Assembly: GCA_021613535.1 (NCBI GenBank)
Contig: CP075497.1
Location: 310,001-374,000, forward strand
Direction of reading: 5' to 3'
Source of the DNA: Adineta vaga
Taxonomy: Eukaryota; Animalia; Rotifera
Length of the DNA stretch: 64,000 bases
Shown here: in pieces, positions 1 through 13,303 of the stretch
Layout: each line of letters starts with the position of its first letter
Position numbering within the stretch: the first letter of the stretch is position 1
Made by a program: the position numbers and the translations under genes
The notes under the pieces: model-generated
What the model was told of the DNA's origin: nothing
What the model saw: the letters and a program-made list of their open reading frames with translations, nothing else
Databases searched by the model: none

Positions 1-164
1 CCAAGTATCGCACCACAACCTATAATAATACTTTATTTTGTTATTTATAAGGAATTGTCACATAGTAGTACGTTGAGAAAGTAGTTGAACTTTGATCATT
101 CATTGGGAACGAATTTAAGTCAAACTTTAACTTCGTGTTTATTTTTAAATATGTTATCTGATAG

Positions 165-3100
165 GAGTGGCCATGCATGACTACATCCGCCGTTCTTTTA
201 CAAAACTGAAGGAATACCTACTAGCATTCAATTTATTTCCATCTGTACCATCTTCAACAGATCAATATGAGCTGCAAACTCAACATATATCAACAAGATT
301 ATTTCTTCTACTATTGATTCTAGCATTATTTATTCTTCTCTTATATACTTCGTTACAAACTGTCACAAAAACATTCACTGTTCAAACACCAACTCTTGAA
401 CAATATTTACAATTATATTCTGAACATGAACAAATACTCACATGTCCATGTACTCAAATATCAATCTCTTATGAAAAATTTCTGTATATTAAATACACAT
501 TACATCAAATATGTCATAGTTTGTTTCTCGCCGATGAATGGATTTCACATATAGGCAAAGGAACTGGTTTTTTCTCAACCCTGGATTTTCGAGCGACGGG
601 TGATTATACATTTCAAGCGTTGAGAGGATTTTGTCAATTAATCGAAGACATACTTTTTAATAGTTTGACTCAATTCAATTCGAGACAATATGTTAGTGGA
701 TTTGTCACGCCCACACAGCTGTTTGGGGCACAAACTGAATCATTCAGTAATCAGTTACGGTCATCTACAACAAACAGTTTTATTCTATCTCTGAATATGA
801 TCCGAAATACAACCCAAGCAAACGCACTATTTACCACAACTCAAAGTAGTTTTTACTTTTACGTACACCGAATTGGAATTGTAGCTGTGCTTCCGGAGAG
901 TTATTCTGATTGCAGTTGTGTTGTATCAAGTGCCTGTACTACTCCATCTAGTATAAAGAATGCGGATAGTGTTGAAGTCTTTTTCAATGTAACCGGTATA
1001 TATACAGGATGCTACCTGATTGAGTCGTTATTTCAATCCAATCTCCAATGCCTCTATGATCAAAACTGTGTAGATAAACTAAATAGTTATATGGTAACAT
1101 TATCGATTAGTTCAGAAGCTTTAAACGCATCAATATCAAGTGAATATTTTCCAAATTCCACTATTATGGACATTCTCAACAATTTAATGATCGAAGAATG
1201 GAAATTAACTCAAATCTATGACAAATATTATAATGAATGTCAACCTTCACACTGCAGCTATACTATTGAAATAAGAAATGATGTTATTTACATCATCACA
1301 ACATTGATTGGTATAATTGGTGGTTTAACAACAGTTTTGAAATTTATTGTATCAAGACTAGTCAAGTTTATAAGAAAGAAGAAAAATGTTACACTGACCA
1401 ACGTCGGTAAGTTGCAATAGTCATATGAGACAATGCAAATAATAATATATTTCATATTCGTAATTCAACACTTTAAAGTCACAATAACTGATCACTGTAT
1501 ATTTTACTACGAGATTAACCTTATTAAGTATCATGAGCTTCATTCACTCGATTCATTTGATGTTTAACAACAAATTCAAACTCTATTCTGTGATTATTAA
1601 TATAATTAATATTTTGTTAACCCCTATTTTCGTTCCAAGATTCCTCGGCTGATGCTGTTTCAGAACATAAGAATTATTTTTTGTTTGAAAGAACCCATCA
1701 ACATGCAGGATAATATAGAGTTCTTTTCTTGATTAAAGTTTTTTGAAAGTTACATATACAGACGTTTCTATAACTTGACCCGAATTTTTCTAATGAAAAG
1801 AAAAGTTCCATGAAACTTCTACATAACCTATTTCTTCCTCACCTCTTTAAAGTTATAATGAATAAAGTATTCATTCCTTATACTCATTTGCTTTCAGTAA
1901 TGACAAAAAAGGAACGAGCAATAGTATTATGGCAAAAATACAAAGACTTCTTGCGAAATTTCAATTTATTTCCATCTGTACCACCTTCAACGGATCAATA
2001 TGAACTGCAAACTCAACACATATCAACAAGATTATTTCTTCTTCTATTGATTCTAGCATTATTTATTCTTCTCTTATATACTTCGTTACAAACTGTCACA
2101 AAAACATTCACTGTTCAAACACCAACTCTTGAACAATATTTACAATTATATTCTGAACATGAACAAATACTCACATGTCCATGTACTCAAATATCAATCT
2201 CTTATGAAAAAATTCTTTATATTAAATACACATTACATCAAATATGTCATAGTTTGTTTCTTTCCAATGAATGGATTGCATATCTTAATCAATATGATGG
2301 TTGGTCTATATCTTCCTTGGACTTTCGAGCGACGAGCCCTTATGCATTTCAAGCGTTGAGAGGATTTTGTCAATTAATCGAAGACATACTTTTAAATAGT
2401 TTCACACAATTGAATTCCACTCAGTATATCAATGGATTTGTCACATCTCTAGAAGTAATTCAAATACAAACTCAATTACTGAGTCATCAATTTAAATCAT
2501 CCATTATCGACAACTTTTTTCTGTCATTTAATATGATTAGAGATACTACAGAAGCAAATCATTTGTACTCAGGACTTAAGACAAATTACATCGTATCATT
2601 GGTGAACCGATCCAATATTCAATGGATACTAACGTCTGATCGAAATTACAAAGATTGTGATTGCGGTATGTCAAGCGAATGCATTCAATCGTCGCCCATT
2701 TATCAAAGCTCTAGTAACATAATTGCATTCAATGCAACAGGTTTCTACACAGGATGCTACGTGATTGAGTCGTTACTTCAATCTAATCTCCAATGCCTCT
2801 ATGATCAAAACTGTGTAGATAATATACAGGTTCTTTTGGCACCAGATTTGGTAATGGATCTGACCGCTCTCAACCCATCAATACCTAGTGAATATTTTCC
2901 AAATTCCACTATTATGGACATTCTCAACAATTTAATGATCGAAGAATGGAAATTAACTCAAATCTATGACAAATATTATAATGAATGTCAACCTTCACAC
3001 TGCAGCTATACTATTGAAATAAGAAATGATGTTATTTACATCATCACAACATTGATTGGTATAATTGGTGGTTTAACAACAGTTTTGAAATTTATTGTAT

Positions 3101-3183
3101 CAAGACTAGTCAAGTTTATAGCACATCGGATTCGAAAATGGAACATGAACGTTGTTCCAGAAATATCGACTGCTGAAACGTGA
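165..3183 (+). CDS. Modular 2-TM / Cys-rich ectodomain protein (bdelloid-type family); last two module exons 165-1406 and 1898-3183, 5' end probably outside the window
   Basis: Two paralogous ~420-aa modules (FNLFPSVP..STRLF-TM..CPC..CYxIESLLQSNLQCLY..YYNECQPSHCSY-TM). Acceptor tag at 162-164, donor G|gtaagt at 1407, acceptor ttcag at 1897; all phase 1 and in frame. Confidence 0.8.
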
Positions 3184-3399
3184 TATTTTATTACATTGAT
3201 ATCAAAATTACATTTCATATGAAAAAAGAAGATTGAAGACAATCGAACTTGCAAAAGTTTCCAAATATAATAGTTTTGTTCTTTTTTGTTTAAAAGAATA
3301 TCTTAAAACTAGATTGATGGATTGTTTCTTTTTGAACATTTTGAGCAAAAGAAAATGAGGGTGTGGGTGTGGGTGGGTGTGAGTAAACTGCGACCTGAA

Positions 3400-3790
3400 T
3401 TAGTTGTCAATGAAAAATCATTTGAGTTAGCAAAGTAACTATCAAAGCAATTTGCCGACCGTATACCTTCACCATTACAACTAAATTCTGAATTAGAAAG
3501 ATGGCAAAGAAAATGTAATGATTTGCTTAAAATAAAAGATTGGAATAAAAAATAGATAAATGATATTCTCAAAGATGCAGATAATTTATTAATTTTTTTG
3601 GCAAGATTACCCGTATCAACAGCTTCATCGACTAAGAGAAGTTTCAGTCTGTTATTAAGAATTAAAAGTTATTGTAGATCTACAATGGAATAAAACAGAT
3701 TAAACGGATTGGCTGCTGCATATATTCACAAAGATGTTGATTTAAATACAGATGAAATATTGAAATTATATGTATACAAATGTATAATTG
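3400..3790 (+). mobile_element. Degenerate hAT transposase C-terminal dimerisation-domain remnant
   Basis: Translates across frameshifts and stops as LPSPLQLNSELERWQRK..LARLPVSTASS..RSFS..RIKSYCRSTME*NRLNGLAAAYIHKDVDL. Confidence 0.7.
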
Positions 3791-5508
3791 TCGTCTTGAT
3801 TTTGATTTTTAGTTTCATTAGTAAATATTATACACAGAGATACAAAAAGTGAATAATATTTAGCTCAACTTTGAATTGAAAGTTTTATTTAATTATAATG
3901 AAAATAATCGCATTTTTTGTTATGAACAGAAACTTGTTTCATTTTTTATCTTAATAAATTAATAAAACTTGTTTTTTTTTCTTGTATTTTGTTATTGTTA
4001 CAACCTTTCTCGAGTGAAAAATATTTTTGCTCAGAACATAAAACTTCATCTGTATTGATCAACGTTTTATTCATTCGTTTTAATATATTTATATCAATCA
4101 ATTTTATAATGTATTCAATCTCATTCATATTTATTCTTATTTGACGATAATTATGTAAGCGTATGGTATTTCAAAGAGTACGACTATTTTAGTTGAAGAT
4201 TATTTACAGATTCTATAGATAAACTTCGTTTCGCTCCTTTAATTTGCTTTTTCCATCTGTTTCTATGAATACAGATTATTATAGTAAAAATATAGACATT
4301 CTTAAATACATATAAAAAACTCTTTATTTCATTTCCAAAACAAAAGATAATGATCAATTAATGACCTGATGATGTGTAACTACACGAGTACTGCCTATCA
4401 ACATTGTATTCTATTTCCGTGCGTTTACCTAATACAGCTAGAGAGAAAAATACAAAATCGTTAAATCTGTCTGCACCATAATTAAAGATCTCCTATACGA
4501 AGAATTTAATACTCGTTCTCCTGAACAAATTAAATTCTATCTATTCCTTTTATCGTAAGTTATTATTTATCAAAATTTTCTCTTAAAATCTTATAACTTA
4601 TATCAACTAGTTTAATATACGTATTTTCTCGAGATAATATCGTTCTAGCTGAAATTATGTCGATCAAAGTGTATTTTGATAGAGTTTGATATGATATCTT
4701 CCATAGTAACATATTTCTATATAAAGGCTTTGTTAGAAAATCGATCTAATATATAATGATATGTTAAGAAAGAGCACGTCAATCATAACACAACAAAAAC
4801 AAATCTGGACAATTAGACTCATGATCAAGGGGATAAGTATAGAAACCAAATGCAGTAGCATCTAAGAATCCAGTTGACACAAAAGCAACCACAAGTTGGT
4901 TTAATTAGATCAGTAGAATAAATTTAAATAAAAATGATTCCGTCTGACTGTAGAGCGTGTAGTTAGAGTGCTCATATCATCCACAACTATCTACTTAAGA
5001 CGAAACCACTTAATCATTGAATTATTAAAAATACACTTCCCATTGCCGGAAGATTAAGGGTGGTGAGAAAAAATATTATAAATGAGATGAAAAATTTTAG
5101 AGCAATACAAAGATTCACGATTATTACATATATGTTCATGAGTATCTCTAGATGATTAATGTGGAAATAGATTGACATGAATGTCAATATTTTTAAAACA
5201 TCTAAATTTCAAATATTATCATGTTTCTTGATTTCTGTGAATAATATCCAAATTTCATTTTCTTATTTTATCTTCATTTCTGAAATCAATTGAATATTAA
5301 ATCATTTATTATTATGTATATAAATAGAACTTATCTTCATATGAAAGATAAATCGAATCGATCTTTTCATTCTCTATTTATACAAATAATTATTTATATT
5401 CTCATGTGCGTCATCATAAGACGAAAAAAGAATATTTTTTGTATCACATCAATAATGAGTCATCATCCGTTCTTTTAAGACTATACTATAAAAAGACACA
5501 ACCCACAC

Positions 5509-7718
5509 ATGAGTTACCTATCCCATACATTGCTCATTCGATTTAATGTCATTTATATTCATAATTACATATTAAACGTGTCTTTTTTTCTTTTATTCCC
5601 CACTATCTCATTCTATTATTTTCACTTATTTATTATTCAGATATGAAATCTCCATTGATAGAAAACCAAATGGCTGATAATGAAGAGCAACAATTAACAA
5701 TGACAAACAAAATCGAAAATAACGATAATCATATGAAAACAAATAGTTACATACCATATACAATTGATATGACAGTAATGAATAATAATAATGATGAAGA
5801 TCAATGTAAAACAATACGTCCTTGTCGAATAATTGATTTAACTGATAAAATATTAAAAGATAAGATAAGTAATTCAATATCAACATCATTTGATCCAATA
5901 ATTGGATATGGAGAAGAATCTCTTTTATCACTTCGTGAATCATGTCAATCACTTATTAATATTATTTATAATATATCATATTATGTTGAAATAGCACTTA
6001 ATAATACTTCATCTAAACCATCTGATGGATTAACAATTGATGAAAGTGCTTCTATTCGTCTTTATACAATGGAATGGGGTAAAGGTAATCAAAGTCTTTA
6101 TTTTATGCTTAATCGTGCACTTAATAATCCAAATCGAGAATATCTTCAACCTTATATGAAATATCTTAAATTATTATTAACTGCATTAGTTAAATTACCT
6201 TGTATGTCACCATTAACAATATGGAGAGGAGTTACTGAAGATTTAAGTAAAGAATTTTTACCTGGTTCATTAATAACATGGTGGGCATTTTCATCATGTA
6301 CAACAGAATTAACTGTTCTTGAAAATAATATTTATTTGGGTAAAAATGGTAATCGAACATTATTTTCAATTGAAACAATTAATTGTCGAACAATTCGTTC
6401 ACATTCAGATTTTATAACTGAAGATGAAGTTATTCTTTTACCAGGAACACAAATGATTGTACAATCACAATTTATGCCAGCTATTGATCTTCATATTATT
6501 CATTTAAAACAAATTATACCTCAAGATATTTTATTAGAACCACCATTTCAAGGTATTTTATTAAAATCAAATATTATTTCTTTTTCTTTATTTCATTTCT
6601 TTCAAATATTTAGGTGCAAATTTTTATCCTGAACCTAAGTAAATTATTAATTTAATTTTTTCTTTTTTTCTTATTTAATCTATTTTATATTTAGAAAACG
6701 TTCGTGGTATCGAAAGAAAACATTTCAGATTCCAATTTGTTTATTTGCAATGTTAATCATTGCTGCAATCATTATTGCTTCGGTTCTTGGAACAAGATTG
6801 GGTAATAGCGAAAATGGTACGATGTTTTTCTTTTTATGAATTGTATTGAATTGAGAAGTTTAAGACATTTGATTTTCCAAGAATCTTTCTCGTCATAATA
6901 ATATGAAAATTTAAATCATTTTTCTTTTCTATACAATAGATACTACTATCAATTGGAAAGGTGGTATGTGGGCTTTTTCGTGTGATTTTCCTGGTATAAA
7001 TACGAATATTGTCCCATCTGAATCATCGTTATGTGGAGAGAAATGTCAAAAAGATTCAAATTGTACACATTTTACGTGGACTAATGAAAACGGTGGTACT
7101 TGTTTTATGAAAGGAGGAAATGTAACGAAACAAGATGCATTCTTCAAAAATGATCCAACTATGATCTGTGGTGTAGCATATCTTAATGATTATGTAATGA
7201 AAAATCAAACTGTAAATTGGGAAGGAAACGATTGGGCTTATGCTTGTGATTTTCCTGATAATACTTTTTCAGATATATTAAGTATAGCAAATGATTGTGG
7301 TGTATTATGTTCTCAAACTCCACCGTGTTCTCATTTTACATGGAGTAAATATAATGGTGGTACATGTTTTATGAAAAAGGGTAATACGACAAAACAAGAT
7401 GCAGTCGTCACTAATGATCAGGGTATGGTCTGTGGTGTTGTACCGACAATTAATATTACGATATCAAATGAAACTATTCAATGGAAAGAAAACAACACAG
7501 CGAATTCATGTGACTTTCATAATAATGATCTTTCAAGCGTTCGAAGTGTAGTAACAGACTGTATTGGATTATGTTCTAAAACTCTATCTTGTACTCATTT
7601 CACGTGGAATTATCATGATGGTGGTACATGTTTTATGAAACAAGGAAATGTATCAAAGAATGATGCATTTTATACAAGTGATCCCACTATGATGTGTGGT
7701 ATTTTACTTTTTCTATAA
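5509..7718 (+). CDS. Type II membrane ADP-ribosyltransferase (ART-TM-3x PAN/apple), copy A
   Basis: Exons 5509-5512 (tentative; an alternative ATG is at 5643), 5641-6552, 6614-6638, 6695-6816, 6940-7718, phases consistent. R-S-E motifs WRGV / FSSCT / EDEV; basic stretch KKRSWYRKK then TM IPICLFAMLIIAAIIIASVLG; three CDFxxN..C..C....CTHFTW...GGTCFMK repeats. Confidence 0.85.
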
Positions 7719-7806
7719 AATATTTTATCACTAAAATGTTTTTGTGTATTTTATTCGATAATAAAAGTTTAATTAAATATTTTTACATGATATAAAAGAA
7801 AATAAA

Positions 7807-10085
7807 CTATATTAAACCACATATCATATTTAAATCATTAGTAGCGATTGCATCTTGTTTGGTCATATTACCCTTTTTCATAAAACATGTACCACCATTG
7901 TATTTATTCCATATGAAATGAGAACACGGAGGTGTTGTAGAACATATTCCAGCACAATCAGTTCCTATACTTATGATATTCGATATATCATTACCAGGAA
8001 AATCACATCCAATTGCTTGATTATTTTTTTGCCAATCTAAAGTTTTATTTGTTATCATGTAATCGAACGTATATGCTATACCGCAGATCATAGTTGGATC
8101 ATTTTTGAAGAATGCATCTTCTCTCGTCACATTTCCTCCTTTCATAAAACAGGTACCACCATTTATCTCAGTCCATGTAAAATGTGTACAATTTCGATTA
8201 TCGTAACATTTACCACCACAAGTTGGTGCAGAAGTTGAAACATTTGATATATCATTGCCATTGAAATCACATGAGTAAGCCCAATTTCTATCATCCCATC
8301 TGATTGTAGTATCAACTAAAGTTTTAAAAAAATTAGTGTGAAGCTGACACCACGAATTCAAATGAGTTCGAACTCCTTGAACAATACATTGCCACAGGTC
8401 GGGAACTACGTGAGGGTGTAGAGAATAGCTGTGTGAGCGCTACAACGCATCCTCCGACCTCCGGCAACATAATTTTCAGAAGTTCGAACTCGATTTGAAT
8501 TCGTGGTACTAGCTCAAGAAAAACTTTGTATATCTCGAGAAAAGAAACTATTCCAATATTTAACTCAAAAATATCTTACTTATTTTCTTCTTTTTAGATT
8601 TTGTTCCAAGAACCGAAGCAATAATGATTGCAGCAATGATTAACATTGCAAATAAACAAATTGGAATCTGAAATGTTTTCTTTCGATACCACGAACGTTT
8701 TCTAAATATAAAATAGATTAAATAAGAAAAAAAGAAAAAATTAAATTAATAATTTACTTAGGTTCAGGATAAAAATTTGCACCTAAATATTTGAAAGAAA
8801 TGAAATAACGGAAAAGAAATAATATTTGATTAATAAAATACCTTCAAATGGTGGTTCTAATAAGATTTCTTGAGGTATAATTTGTTTTAAATGAATAATA
8901 TGAAGATCAATAGCTGGCATAAATTGTGATTGTACAATCATTTGTGTTCCTGGTAAAAGAATAACTTCATCTTCAGTTATAAAATCCGAATGTGAACGAA
9001 TTGTTCGACAATTAATTGTTTCAATTGAAAATAATGTTCGATTACCATTTTTACCCAAATAAATATTATTTTCAAGAACAGTTAATTCTGTTGTACATGA
9101 TGAAAATGCCCACCATGTTATTAATGAACCAGGTAAAAATTCTTTACTTAAATCTTCAGTAACTCCTCTCCATATTGTTAATGGTGACATACAAGGTAAT
9201 TTAACTAATGCAGTTAATAATAATTTAAGATATTTCATATAAGGTTGAAGATATTCTCGATTTGGATTATTAAGTGCACGATTAAGCATAAAATAAAGAC
9301 TTTGATTACCTTTACCCCATTCCATTGTATAAAGACGAATAGAAGCACTTTCATCAATTGTTAATCCATCAGATGGTTTAGATGAAGTATTATTAAGTGC
9401 TATTTCAACATAATATGATATATTATAAATAATATTAATAAGTGATTGACATGATTCACGAAGTGATAAAACAGATTCTTCTCCATATCCAATTATTGGA
9501 TCAAATGATGTTGATATTGAATTACTTATCTTATCTTTTAATATTTTATCAGTTAAATCAATTATTCGACAAGGACGTATTGTTTTACATTGATCTTCAT
9601 CATTATTATTATTCATTACTGTCATATCAATTGTATATGGTATGTAATTTGTATTCGTTACATCTGTATTATTTTGTTCAATGAGATTCTGTTCCATTGA
9701 CGGAATTTTCGTTGCTGAAAAAGAAAAGTAAAATAATTTTATATTTAAATGATTTTTTAACATTTCTTTATCGTAATAGGAAAAAGACTTAAAATCTTTA
9801 TTTGAATCAATAAGAAAATGAGAAATACATTTGAATAGGACAAGTTGAGGTTATTGAGTTTAACTTCTTATTTTCAAAAATATTAAAGGTTATTTTTTGA
9901 CTTTTAATTCAATTTCTTTTCAGTGTTATATAAAATCGAAAATTTGTTTTAAAAAAATTCAATTATAAGAACAATTACCTTTGAAATAATCTGCAATGAA
10001 AACGAAAAAAAGATACGTTTATAGTTTAATTATAAATCTAAATGAGAACAAATCAATTGATGAATGTATTGGATAAGTTACTCAT
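7807..10085 (-). CDS. Type II membrane ADP-ribosyltransferase (ART-TM-2x PAN/apple), copy B, inverted paralog of A
   Basis: ORF 8783-9763 is nearly identical to the copy A ART; the TM exon near 8580-8701 matches A; the PAN exon near 7807-8315 has two repeats. 5' micro-exons ATGA (10085-10082) and ATTATTTCAAAG (~9990-9979) give MNYFKATKIPSMEQ. Confidence 0.85.
8342..8514. mobile_element. Hairpin MITE-like insertion in an intron of ART copy B
   Basis: About 60-bp imperfect inverted arms (agctgacaccacgaattcaaatgagttcgaact... / ...agttcgaactcgatttgaattcgtggtactagct); absent from the equivalent intron of copy A. Confidence 0.7.
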
Positions 10086-10504
10086 GCATAGGTCGTTTTT
10101 TTCTCACATTTGTATTGAAAGAACGAATGACTCAGTATTGATATAATATAAAAAATATTCTTTTTTCGTCTTATTATGACGCACATGAGAATAAGGTAGT
10201 GACTTATATATAAAGAGGGGGTCGGTTATTAAGACTTTTTTTTCGTGATTTGAGCGTGGGTAACTCTCTGGAGGGTGAGAGTGGTTGTGGATGTCTTCTC
10301 TTTCACCACCCACACCTTAGTTGATTATTTCTTTGTTGACTTTATGCAGCGAGAGAAAAAGAGCATCTTTTCATTTGCTTTTATTTGAGATATTCTAGAA
10401 TGTTAGATAAAATAAAAAATGGTGGATGTCAGTGTCGATGTAAATAAAGCATTACTATATATTCTCATCCATAGTGAAACTCGAATAAAACATTTGAGTT
10501 AGAA

Positions 10505-12414
10505 TCAAAATAGAAGTCTTTGTTCATTGTATTGAAAATACGTGTTTTTATTTTTATAAATAACCGTCCAACGATGATGTTGTCCATGATAGAGTCTTTT
10601 TTGTAATTTCTCGATGATATATTCTGAAATATGAAAACTTGTCAAGCACATTATAAAATGTTCCACATTGTTTTCTTCAGAATTGGCTACAATTATCTGT
10701 AGTAATGATCGAACATCGAATTTGCCGATATCTGTCAGCTCCAAATATGTCATGTATGGACATAAACATAGAAGAAATTGAACTTGTTCCAATGCAATGA
10801 ACGGTCCAAGTCGTACACTGACAATATTCTTGTGTTTGAAAGGTGTTTTAGAGGAGTTCCATTCGATTCCGAACGAAAATACATTGACAATCACCAGAGA
10901 AACAAGATTAGATAATAGATGCATTAAATGAAAGAAAATTTCTGGCAATATTTTACAGTAAATAAATAATTGAGTGATCTGTGTTGAAATGAAAAATGGA
11001 CGAATCTAGTTGAGAAATCTTTCAAGATTCCGAACGAAAGAAAGATCGAAGAGAATGAGTGAAATAGCTCCAGACAGTTGGACTGATTCGCTTGTTAACA
11101 TATGATTAGAGATGATTCGATCGGTTAGTTGACATTCAGAAAACGTATTAGATCTTTTTCTAAATCAAAAAGAATGAGATTGGTTATTTCATCGAATAAA
11201 CGTTGCAGACGTACTTTAACGGACTAATTGAAAAAGTGATCGATCCATCATATTTCTGATATTTCTCAATTTGAATTCGAAGCAACCATTGTCGTTCAGT
11301 CCAAAATGAAGAGCAAAATCGATTCAAGAATGTATGATAAGAATCTGATGAATATTGGTGAATAGAATAAATCTTACATTGTATATCAAACACACGTAAA
11401 CAAGGCATCGATATTGTAAACAATCGTTCCCATCGTTCCGCATTGATGTAGGCTATATTATACAAACCTTTTATGCGTAAGACTTGCAGTTCAAAGGATA
11501 ATTTCATCATAAATAATTCAAAATGATCAAATATCATCTGACAATCATCAATTGATAGGTATCTTAAATTCGGCAATGTAACTGCATATTGTAGATCAAT
11601 ATATTCTCCATGTTCAAATATACTTTTACAAACGAGTCGAGTAAGTTTTGTTGTACACGAAAGAATACTAATGAGATTGTACAAACTTAATGATTCAAGT
11701 AAGACTAAATGGTTGATTGAACTAAGGAGATTTTGTTGAGAATATGTGAAGAAAAATAGAGACAACTTGATTGAAATCGTACAATATTTCAACGATGATG
11801 AACTACAAAGAATTGTATAAAGATTATTCATTCCTAAAGTATTATTATTATGAACAGTTAAAGAAACAAGTCGTGATAGACAAGATAAACTGCTTAGAAT
11901 AGAATTAAATATATCCAATGGAGTGTTATACAGAATCAATGATTCCAAATGATAAAATGAGTCATCCAACGAAAAGAAAAGAGCCGGAAAAGGATCTTGT
12001 ACATAATCAATAAGTTGAAGTGCAATAATTCGATATTTATTTAAAGTGATAAAACATGAACGATCGTCGATATGGGATTTATTCGATTGCGAATACAATT
12101 TGATCTTTAATAATAATGTTGGACTTTGCAGAAGATTATCTAAATGAATATTGAGTTTGGAAAAAGCACGAAAGATTTCCCAACCATCGAGATAATCAAA
12201 AATTTCATGGAAAATTTCATTCGATAAATCTTTCAGATATGTTTTTATTATTGACTATAAATATTTTCAATTCTTCTTACCTTTGATAATCAATTATATC
12301 TGAAGAGAAGAAACAAAAACAATTTCTTTAATATATTCATTTTTTTGAATGTTTACCTCGTGATTTCTTTTCGAATAATTGTACATCATCGATGTTTTCT
12401 TTACTTGTATTCAT
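10505..12414 (-). pseudogene. Divergent F-box/LRR-type protein, probably truncated or pseudogenised
   Basis: N-terminal F-box-like LKDLSNEIFHEIFDYLDGWEIFRAFSKLN and LRR-like body with AERWERL..MPCLRVFD..FWTERQW. In-frame TAG at 11008-11006; I could not phase the 5' micro-exons. Confidence 0.65.
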
Positions 12415-13303
12415 CTCGTTGATTGTCGAATACAGCAACGAATAAATCGTTTATATGCATTTCTTTCTTCGTTCTTTTTATATAACGTTGGAAAAAACCA
12501 ACTTTCGATTCAGTATTTGATCTCGTACGATGACGTTATTTGTATTTCTTCGTATGATGCAATTCGTAATGTAAATATTTGTAATTAATATTTATCTGAT
12601 TACATATATTATAAAATAATTTTCTTTGAATTAATTTTGAAGAGATCCATTGAAAAATAATAGTTAAAATTAAGAAAATATGTTATTAAATAATAATGTA
12701 ATTATATATAAACAAATTGATGATAAACATTTATGAAAATAAATATTATTATTTAATTTACTTTTACATATCTAAATAGATTAAATAAAAATCAATAGAA
12801 AATATTTAAAAGAATTAAATAAATAAATTGATGAAAATTAAATTGAGAAAATGGTTTTTTTTTATGAACATTTGATTCGTCATATCCTGGATAATGATAA
12901 GTTGCAGATAAGTCACGAGATTTATGATGAAATATTTGTATTACATAGATATGATATGTATTATCGTCTTTCTTTAATTCTTATAATCAAATTAGTATTT
13001 TTAAAGCAGAGATCAATGAATTTGATCTGATATTTATTCGTAGATAATTGATAAATGTATTCATTCAATCTATTTTAATATTTTGTTACTCAATATTAAA
13101 AAACTAAAGATTTCTCTCTTTTTCAAATCATTAATATATTTATTAATCGTTTCTTTAGACATTATACAAAGATCATTTAATTCGAAAATGAGCTATTGTT
13201 CCATTATTAGAAAATATCTTCTATCTCATACACTTTTTTACATTATACATAACTTGTGGATAAAATCCGAAGTCTCCGTATTTATGATTGTCTATATATA
13301 TAT

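Noticed and set aside
5626-5952. Matching ORFs MIDMIHEVIK at 5626-5952 (-) and 9442-9684 (+)
   Set aside because: Antisense of the duplicated ART exon; the similarity simply follows from the inverted duplication.
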